This document shows positions 54,858-64,000 of a DNA stretch of 64,000 bases, one piece after another. The DNA lies in contig NMRA01000083.1 of the NCBI GenBank assembly GCA_002633005.1, positions 649,161-713,160 on the forward strand. Direction: 5' to 3'. The translations under genes and the position numbers were made by a program. The notes beneath the pieces were generated by a model that saw only the letters and a list, made by a program, of their open reading frames with translations, did no database searches and had not been told where the DNA came from. This DNA is from Phoronis australis. Taxonomy: Eukaryota; Animalia; Phoronida. Every line of letters begins with the position of its first letter. Positions within the stretch are counted from its first letter, which is position 1.

Positions 54858-55158
54858 ATAGTAGTAGTAGTAATGACATTGACAACGACAGTGACAACAA
54901 CAACAGAAATTATTAAAAATCATTAGTAATATTATCATCATTGTAAGTATTATTATTGACAAAATTGTCACGATTAATATTAATGATGATGATAATAATA
55001 ATAATAATAATAATAATAGTAACATTAATAATAACTATAATAAGTAAAAGTAAGAATAACAATAACTTATAATAACATCCCACTTTTTAAATTTTTTTCC
55101 CTCGTCCCACCACCCCTTACAGCGCAAATGACACACACACACACACACACACACACAC
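54858..55158. repeat. Low-complexity (AAT)n/(TAG)n tract and (CA)n microsatellite
   Basis: Directly visible. The (CA)n tract abuts the assembly gap. Confidence 0.9.
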
Positions 55159-55379
55159 NNNNNNNNNNNNNNNNNNNNNNNNNNNNNNNNNNNNNNNNNN
55201 NNNNNNNNNNNNNNNNNNNNNNNNNNNNNNNNNNNNNNNNNNNNNNNNNNNNNNNNNNNNNNNNNNNNNNNNNNNNNNNNNNNNNNNNNNNNNNNNNNNN
55301 NNNNNNNNNNNNNNNNNNNNNNNNNNNNNNNNNNNNNNNNNNNNNNNNNNNNNNNNNNNNNNNNNNNNNNNNNNNNNNN
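55159..55379. other. Assembly gap
   Basis: Run of N within a UNC93A intron. Confidence 0.99.
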
Positions 55380-56740
55380 GGGCGTTTTCTGTTGTGACGA
55401 CGGACATTACACCCCTGGCATAGACCCGGATATCCCGCCTTTTCAATCGGAGTCAGTATTCCGTTTTTTTATTCTCGAATGTTGACTTCTATGTACTTCT
55501 ACTTGGAACTCATGTGAAATGTTTAAGTAAAATTTTGTTTTTACAATTTTGTCAAGAAAGATGATACTGAATAAAAACACAAATTCAGCACAACAATTCC
55601 CAATGCTGGAACGATTTCTTTGTGGTTTTTGGTCATTAAGGAAACAAATAGCCCCTTTTTGGAAAGCGTTTATGGAGTTGACAACACTTAAGATAGTACA
55701 ATTGATGGATATTTAGCTTACACAGACATATCTACATGCTGAAAATCAATAATAGCTCATTTCAACAGCAGCAGTTTCTAAACCAATAGAAGTGGGTGCA
55801 TATACAGGAGTGGCATCAGCAACAGATGGTTATTTAAATCTCACGTAGTAAAGCGATGTTCACTGCAAAGTCAGTATTATCTCAAGACAAATTTAATATT
55901 CCCAATGCAAACAGTTCATGTGTTTGTGGGATTAGGAAGCAGACTTTGGGGGTGATAAGCACTGGGAACAACACTGAAATAAAACTAGTCTTATCGCAAC
56001 GACATTATTAGACTGAGAGAGCATTTACTTAAGCATGTTGCTTGTGGACTGAAAAATTAAAAAGCCGAAAAATGTTGACAACCAAACTATGTAAGACACC
56101 AAACCATTCAGCTGAGAGGAAAACGTGATTAACAAACATTTCCTCATTAACACGCGGCCTAAAATGAAGATCTTAAATCATGTTAAATACATAAAGAATG
56201 TATCAAATGACCTCAATGCATCCTAAAATAGAACATTGGGGGCGTTGGCAGCCAACTTTAACGGGGTTGGCCAAACGTTTCAAATTCGCGGCGCTTCGTA
56301 TCTGTTGCAGGTGATCTTGTATCGATTTCAATTGTAAGGAAACAATTGCTATCATGGAAGTAAGTTGAGACCAGAGTGGCTGGGGTAATCATTTCGTGAT
56401 TACCATGTTTTGACTATGTTAGAGGTTAAGATCCAGAAAAGCACCATGAACCTGCTTTCAGTCACGAGATACAACTTTTGATTCAGACCACTTGTGAAAT
56501 TGGTTTCAAATTGTTCATGAAAAAACTAACAGTTTGTTATTGCTTGAGATCAGGGTCAACGAGTTGGCTTGCCAAGACGTGTTATTTATCATGTGGAACA
56601 TAGTCTCGAGGTATAACGAACTACCAGTTCTTTGCAAATTCGGAAATCATTTCTCATCTTAGTTTACACAAGGAACAACTACTGACGCCAGTTTTATAAC
56701 GACAAGTGATACAAAGCAAAAGTCCCCTTCTTGGGCGAAA

Positions 56741-56886
56741 CTTAGGTCTACATCCACTTGGGTCGACATCAACTTGGGTCTACATCAACTTGGGTCGACA
56801 TCCACTTGGGCCGACATCAACTTGGGTCCTACATCAACTTGGGTCTATATCAACTTAGGTCTACATTCACTTGGGTCTACATCCAA
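56741..56886. repeat. 17-bp minisatellite next to a UNC93A donor site
   Basis: (CTTGGGTCTACATCAA)-like unit, about 8 copies. Confidence 0.9.
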
Positions 56887-56907
56887 TTAAAAAATGAATC
56901 AACTTAC

Positions 56908-57478
56908 CTGTTTGAAAAAGCATGAAGAAAATACCAAAAAACCGTGAGATGACCGTTTCTTTCACCTCCTCGGACACTTTAGCATACTGTATCCCAGTCT
57001 CAGTCAGATAAGTGCACTTGGCAGACCACAAGGGGGCAGCACACGCACCAATGAGTACGGAGGCAGGAATGATGGTGCCCCACACTGCGTAGAAATTGGC
57101 GCCCATGTACACAATATAACCCACCATAGATACGGCAATGGTCCACTTACATCCCAGCTTGCGGATCATCATGGGAGGTATGAACATACAAGCGACAACC
57201 ATGGCAGCATAAATTACTGAAAGACCACCGGTACCCAAGCCGTCGTCACGGTTCAATGTGCTCTGCAAATTACTCAACGACTGAAAGCCAGTGAAGAGCA
57301 GAAGAAAGGCAAAACTAACGACGATCAAATTTTTGATGATTTTGATCTTGATTCGTCTCTTCTCTTTCTCCGTCATGTCGGCGATAACAAAGTTGGCCTT
57401 GCTGTCTGCCAACGAGGTTCCGTTGGTAGAAATGGAGATGTTACTCTCAATGTGCTTGACATCGTCGAAATCCGCCAT
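56908..57478 (-). CDS. UNC93A: UNC93A-like MFS membrane protein, coding exon (MADFDD...KNLIVVSFAFLLLFTGFQSLSNLQSTLN...RFFGIFFMLFQT)
   Basis: Lies in ORF 56867..57520 with UNC-93 N-terminal motifs (FLLLFTGFQSLSNLQSTLN, GLGTGGLSVIY, AAPLWSAKCTYLT). Acceptor TTTGACTTTCAG gives an exon start at 57487. Donor AG|GTAAGT, phase 1. Confidence 0.95.
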
Positions 57479-57617
57479 TCTGTCGGTCTGAAAGTCAAAA
57501 GTAAAACATTTATTAGACATCTAGAAGCGATCAAATATACAGCCATATTTAGTCACAGACAAAAGGAAAGGTAACCTGTTAAATTGCGTAAAATTTTAAT
57601 TGAGCTCTGCTTTATAC

Positions 57618-57767
57618 CTGGGTAGAGTTCAATAACGCTATGACCTCGCCAAGACCTCGTTAGACAAGCAAGACTTCGGGAGACTACGCGAGATATTGCC
57701 GTGTGTTTCAAATGAGAACACTTGAATTTGACTAAACTTTTCTAACCTCTAACTGAATTCTACCCAG
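57618..57767. mobile_element. ~150-bp MITE family (other copies in opposite orientation at ~15984-16120 and ~49991-50148; partial at ~46470-46550)
   Basis: TIR CTGGGTAGAGTTCA / TGAATTCTACCCAG. The shared core CTAGTCAAAGTCACGTG...CGAAGTCTTGCTTTTTAG.GAGGT is visible at 16015 and 50042. Confidence 0.7.
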
Positions 57768-60700
57768 AGCAGTACAAACCAAGTGTATATAACAAAGAAA
57801 TCACTTCAAAATTTTTCACGTTGTTGATTAATTTCACAAAATAAAATTCGAATGTCGTCGAATAAGTTGAACCACTCGTCACTCGTCACCTTTTCTTTCA
57901 CACTCCCATTGCTTTCCTATTTAATATTTATATGTAAGTCGTCCTGTTTGCATAACTCGTAGCTCAACAGCAGACACTGTACTTCCGGAAATTACTTTAA
58001 TTCATGAGTCGTCACCATATCTATCTCGTAAAATGAGAGAATACACTGTACTGAACGCTTAAACTCAATCAAAACTTGATGCCAAAGCAACTTCAAAAAT
58101 AGGCCCCACGCCTATTAATTCTAATGTATATATTTTTAAAGTTCTCCATAAACATTGATGAATTAATATGTAACAGCCGGGCATACCTAACTACGCCAGT
58201 GCATGAGTATTTAGAAGTTGTTAAAACGCATGGAATGCCAAGCCTATCAGTTTTTAAAACGCGTTCCTTTTTTACACGATAGCACGTTAATCAACATCTG
58301 CATGTTTTGAATAACGCGTCAATTCGCGTTGTAGATGAGCTTACGGTGTCTCTTGTCCTTGTTTAGTTAAGAGCTATGGTAGATTGTAATGTTCAGGTTC
58401 TAAACTTTTGACTTTCTCAAACTGATGGTGTATCAATAACCTGCTGTTATTCGTTGTTATTCATGTATGTTATAAGTGGCTGGAATCGAGTGCATACTGC
58501 ACAGTCATGGGATTCTGAGTACACCCCTGTTAGTTTGGTGTTTATCAGGTCATCAGCTTTTTATGTTTCGTTCAAAAAGGAAATGACAAACAGGTTGAAA
58601 GCAATCTCTGAAACTGTCCGCTCATCACACCATTAAGAGGTCAGTCAAGTCTACTCGCTCTAATGTGTAAAACCCATACGCGTTAATATTGACAGGTTTG
58701 AAATTCCACAGTTTTCATAAAAACGCCAGCTTACGCATATACAAGTAGTCACTCGAATAGGTACGATTATCGCTTTTATCGCAGTCTCCGAAGGTGATAA
58801 CTAAAGTCACGTTAGCCTGTATTGAGTACTAAATAAGTTTTTGTCTTTCTCAGAAAGTTCCAGTACCAGTAAAAGCTTAGCCGCTTAATATTTTCTTATT
58901 TCGGCTAATGTAACTCCTATGCCAAAGCCACACATGGCACCTGAGAAAACAAAAGACGTGTTGGGAACTTCTTGGAGCTACTAGTAAATAGAACGAATAA
59001 AAGTTTTTATGGTGAATAACCAGTGATCATTCCAACAAATAATCTCTCATTTACAACCGAGAAGGGGATTCTTTCTTCTGATGGCTGTGTCTACCTCAGG
59101 TCCATCGAACTACAAAAGTGTTGGTCAGTAGCAATGGGTAGTTGAGTCTTGTGTTCCCGGCTACGTACTAGTCTCGAAAGTATTTCCTTCTACTCATTGT
59201 TGAACACGTCTCGGGCACCATAGTGACAACTTGATAAATAAATATTAATTGTTATGAAATATCACACCGCGGTTGTCCATTAAAATTTTATTTAACCATA
59301 ACATTGTCACGATAACCAATGGTGTAGTTGGTTATTCATATGGAATAATTAGATTACCTTTCAATGGGCTTATCAAGCATGGAAAACACTGGTCTGTCAG
59401 TGAAATGCCAGGGCAGAGAAACACTCCAGTGATTAGCAGACAGTAGAACGTGTTCATTGAGTGCAAGAAAGGCAACAGAAATTGATCTCTGGTTGATATA
59501 TTTCTAAAAACACAAAACTACTGAGTTTTTTCTATACTTCAGTATTTTGTAGTAAATGATGATACTCGTTTTGACAGCAAGAGATCTCTTCTTCACGACA
59601 TGTGTTCTAGGTTGGTTCCTCCTTACAAAAGGGTCGTGTTTCTGAAAGAAAATCCCACGAAAGTGTGCTGACTTTTTCATGAAAGTTCCCTATGAGCCGA
59701 CTTCCTAAGCGGGTGAGTATCAAAACTTAGCTGCAACCCCCAAAATATAGTCAAGTATCCCCCCTCGGTGCAGCGATTTCACGGTCTCTCCAGGCCCTTG
59801 AAGTGTAGACAGTCGGGAACACCGTTCACAACCCTCGCACTCCCTGACACTGCATGATGCAATTCATTGGGTTCAATATTTAAAACTAACTACAGACAGC
59901 TGTTATATTTGCACCACTATGATATAGGTTCATTGATATCATTAGAACAGCAATAAACAAGATCCATCCATTAAAGGGATGAGATATGAAATGAATGAAA
60001 TTCAACAACAGGACTTATTATAAAGATGAATTAACAAGCACCGACTGCATAAGTTCAACCAATTGGGCGTTGTGCCGAACGCAGTTGACACTGAGCTTAC
60101 CCAGGTGAATGGAGATTAGCGTCAAAATATAACGTATTTATACAGCTTTGTACCAAGGCTATTGACAGCTACATGCAGTGTCCTTCGAAGTACAACATAC
60201 AATACCAAATAACGTCCAGTTCAGTCGTCAAATTAAAAAGTGATTACCTGTTCTTCCCAAGCTCAGAAACTAGTTGTTACACGAGTGAGGAACAAGTCGA
60301 GAGAAACATTATAGGTGAATTGTGGTCCATATTCAAAAGTTCTGGTGTTATTTGACAATAAAAGTCGCGAAAGGGTTTTTGTTTGCCTAACATATAGTCA
60401 AACAATATTGGCCTACAACTCCTCTCCGTTTCCCACGGCCACATAACCAAACCTACTGTACACTGAGACTCTTTCGGATTTTGACCACTTACCCGTTGTG
60501 AAATCGTTCCGTGGTCAAAATAGACGTGATTTCTGGACTTGGAAAGAATTCACAATTCTGAGATTCTACAATTAAGTTGAGTTGTCATTGTTCGCCGGGC
60601 ATTACCTCGAGCAACAACAAACTGTCAGTTCTTTACACCACCAAAATCCCTTCTAATCTGAGTAAGGAACAAGTTGAGGCCGATTTTACAGAGGTAGGTG

Positions 60701-61110
60701 GTCTAAATGAAAAGTCAATTTCTTCGACGAAACTCGGCTTTATTACTGCTTTATATTGGAAGATTGTTCCTTCCGCGGTAATAGCAAAAGTGGTAGCAGA
60801 AGGAAGTAAAAGGCTTCCGTTGTTGCCTGTAAAGTCAAATCCACAGTAAGAAAACCAAACCCACATTGTACTTGAGAAATCTTGGAACCAGTAAGATATT
60901 GGTTCCTATAGAGCCGGAAAAACATTCTCGATCACTCCTTTGGAGTGCGTTACAGGCTACACATTATAAACACAAACGGCCATTTGCGTAGTGTTGATTG
61001 TTTAAATGAATAGAAATTCAAACTGTATTGACATATATTGACCTTCACTGCGGTTGAGTACATTCTCGTATAAATCACCAATTCGAACTTTTTCAATACA
61101 GTACAATTAC

Positions 61111-61266
61111 CTTCGACACGAGTCCATCACGTTCATCCATTTCTTCACTTTCGTCATCATCTTCACTGTTTTTATCATCCGAAAACGTCACTTTTGATTG
61201 AGAAGTCAGGTAACCGTTTTCACTTGACAATCTGTCCATGCCGACCGCCTCAGTACAGAATGACAT
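61111..61266 (-). CDS. Probable upstream/alternative first coding exon of the UNC93A-like gene (acidic N-terminal extension)
   Basis: MSFCTEAVGMDRLSSENGYLTSQSKVTFSDDKNSEDDDESEEMDERDGLVSK ends at AAG|GTAATT in phase 0, which joins in frame to the exon starting at 57487 (ACC GAC AGA ATG). Confidence 0.55.
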
Positions 61267-63097
61267 GTGTTTGAGGCGCAAGCAAATCAATAGATTCAAA
61301 ACACAGTTCAGCGTTCGATCGCTCGGGTCAAATAGCGTTAGGGGATTGGTTGACAATCATGGATCACAGCACAGGTGTATAAATTGACATAATTTCTTGT
61401 CCTGGGTTTGTAATACGAGGTTCCGATATGAACGCGTATTCCCAACCTATTTTCTATATAAAAAGACGACTGATGTGTGTACCCAAGCGAACTAAAGCAA
61501 GGACTTAAAGGACCGGTGACTTACCGCTTTGTAACCATGATCGCGGTTGAGTACAAATAACTATTTCGAACACAAAAGAGGGGGTGTGTCACTTTCAGTT
61601 ACTCTATTGAGGTTAAAGTGGGGCGCCTGAAAAATATACTTAGCAGTACTGATCGCTGGATTGTCGGCAAGAGGGCTAACGGCAGGCGTACAAGTGATGG
61701 GAAAAAGAATACTGGACATGTTGCTCTGAAGGTTGACTTTTTCACGGTCATTTTTCTGGAGAACAGGGATGCTTTCCCAACAAAATTTGTAATTTATCCA
61801 TTATGTTTTAAAGTATGACCAATATCAATATATACAGATACACATACATATACATATATATTACTCCCAGGTTTTAAAATGTTTATTTCATGTATAGAAA
61901 ACGTGCATACCCGCAAGTCGAAAACATTACATGTAGACAGAGATATGGAATGCTTGAGCTGACTCTGTAACGAGTATCACACACATTCCAAGGGTGAGAT
62001 GATTGGTGTATGATTAGTACTTGAAAATGAAGTAAAATAAAATAACTTAGTAAAATAAAATAACTTAGCCGGATGTTCGAGAGCATGACCCTCGTAAATG
62101 AAGTGACTGGCCACCCACTTTTGACGTTGGGAGGAAGCAACCGTCAATAAACAGACGGAGGGACGGGGCGGGACCGTGGAGGGCGTGCAACCTTCGCATG
62201 GTGACCGGCACAGTTGTAGGGTAGGAGCAGAGGCATGCGACAATGGTATGCATGTGTAACGGTGTGCAAGTTTAACTGATAAACCGTGACAGGCTTTAGT
62301 TGGAGTTCACTTTAAATTCTGTAAATTTCTTTGGAGAAGGCCCCCAACCCCCCGTAGGATACCCCTTCACCAGTACTCTCCCGAATGCTCATTTGGTACT
62401 TGTATCTCTCTCGCAGTGCGCGCATCCCATCGAAGTGCCAAAAATCCATGCTGTGAATTACGGATCAGGAAAGTCTTTCAAGTTAACAACCGACAATCAT
62501 CTCAAAATAGTCGTTCAGAGTGCCTTTAGTTTTTATTGTGTTTCATGATAACTCAGGACATCAAGCTTATTATCCTTTGGTAACCTACTCGATGTTCTTG
62601 TTGGAACCGCCAACGGAATCTTAGAATCCTGTCACGGTAACTGAGGAATGCCATGATATCCGTCATTAGTGAGAGTAAAGGCTTGATTCGATTTTCGTTT
62701 TTCAATCAGCTAAACAGGGCGAAAAGGAAATTTAAGGATTTCCATCTCTTTACATTGTCTCGGGTACCATTTTCGTGTTTCCCAGATGTTGATATGATCG
62801 GCTTAAATGACCAATCAGAACGCAACCTTCTTGACACTCCTTCGTTTTCAAACCGCCATTTTACCCGACAGACAACAGGTTGCTGGGTAAAATTTTGGTT
62901 TGTTTGTCAACAATACGCAAGGGGCGCAGCTTGCGATGAAACTAGTACAGGGAGTGTTGAATGACTCACACGCCCGCCAACGGTACTCACTGTCACAACG
63001 CCACCTATATGGGGATGCGTAACTCTCGTAGCATTGAGAAAGAGCCCCGCACGCCGGCACATGAACAGAACTTAATAACCGCGGCGGTTCTGTGGTA

Positions 63098-63226
63098 CAT
63101 GCGCGCACCCAGCCTTCCATTTNACATGACGTTACAAAAAGCGGGGAGACTTTCCATAGGCGGATCTAAGGGGGGGGGGGGGGGGGGGGGGGGGCTCCTT
63201 CGAGCGGCCCCCCGGGTGCGCGCATG
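63098..63226. mobile_element. MITE of the same family as 39059-39323 (opposite orientation), 5-bp TSD
   Basis: TIR CATGCGCGCACCC / GGGTGCGCGCATG. TSD TGGTA. Internal poly-G. Confidence 0.85.
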
Positions 63227-64000
63227 TGGTACTCTGCTACATTTGTGAAGTGGGGAAGGGGCGGGTGCAACTGAAAACCCACACATTTAAACAATGGAAT
63301 CTAAAAAGGGATCTTCGTAGGGAGCTTCCATGAAAAATTATCCTTCCGAAAGATTTTGTTCCATTGAGCGCCACCTTATGGGAGTTTTAAAATTAAAATT
63401 CCACAGCCTTTCATGGACGGCTGTCTGTTTATGCGGCATTTATTAAGTCCGAAACACTACAAAAAGACCCGTGTTATGCTGTTTCATCGAACTCCCAGGC
63501 AAGCTTCTGTAGAAAGTGCATCTTAACGTTGGAAGTCCTTGCTTAGTCACGCATGAGTGGTATGTCCCGTATTTCTCTTTCATAACAGCACACACCGCAC
63601 TGTGCGTGACCGGTCACCACCTGTGACCTGACCTAAAAGGTTCCAGGTTTTAGTCACGGCAGCAGTCTCCTCATGATCAGGCTATCCAGGATTTTACTAA
63701 TTTGTACGTACAAAGTAAATTTTCTATAGGCCCATCTAGGCCTACACAATTGAACTACAAAACGAGAGGGTTGCGAGCTATTAGCCTTTTGAAAATTCAG
63801 GGAGTATACAGTCCTCTTGAACAGCAAGCCTTTATTAATTCAAGTGTATTTCATCCTTGGGCGTGACCGGCGACTAATTACGTAGGTTCACCACATCTTA
63901 ACCACGCTACAGTGGCAACAGGTGTCTTGATAGTACGCGGTGTTGACAATAGATGTAGCAAACGTAGCATACTAGATGTTAGCGCTTCAAGTAGATTTAT

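Noticed and set aside
54756-55446. Poly-Leu/Ile ORF and ORFs spanning X runs
   Set aside because: These arise from the (AAT)n microsatellite and the assembly gap.
60493-60866. ORF 60633..60866 as a coding exon of UNC93A
   Set aside because: It stops before the nearby donor at 60492, and the phase-0 frame into that donor contains a TGA shortly upstream.

Overview
This is AT-rich animal genomic DNA, not prokaryotic. The repeat landscape and gene content suggest an invertebrate deuterostome such as a hemichordate, but that is inference only. It holds two spliced protein-coding genes, both on the minus strand. (1) A ZNF423/ZNF521 (Oaz) ortholog with ATG at 36955 and the N-terminal NuRD motif MSRRKQANP. 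Seven coding exons were reconstructed by hand with consistent GT-AG sites and phases; the last, multi-finger exon runs off the left edge. (2) A complete UNC93A-like MFS membrane protein with 6 coding exons (57478-49476, 493 aa) and a probable in-frame upstream exon at 61111-61266. Introns and intergenic DNA carry non-autonomous Helentron-type elements, several MITE families, two degenerate tRNA-Leu-like elements, minisatellites, one assembly gap and one haplotype-duplication artefact. The most interesting signals are Helentron-borne arrays of CTCF-like motifs at about 150-bp spacing, a tandem array of duplicated exon-end/5' splice-site units in ZNF423 intron 3, and a dense cluster of EBF/COE-like sites in the same intron.
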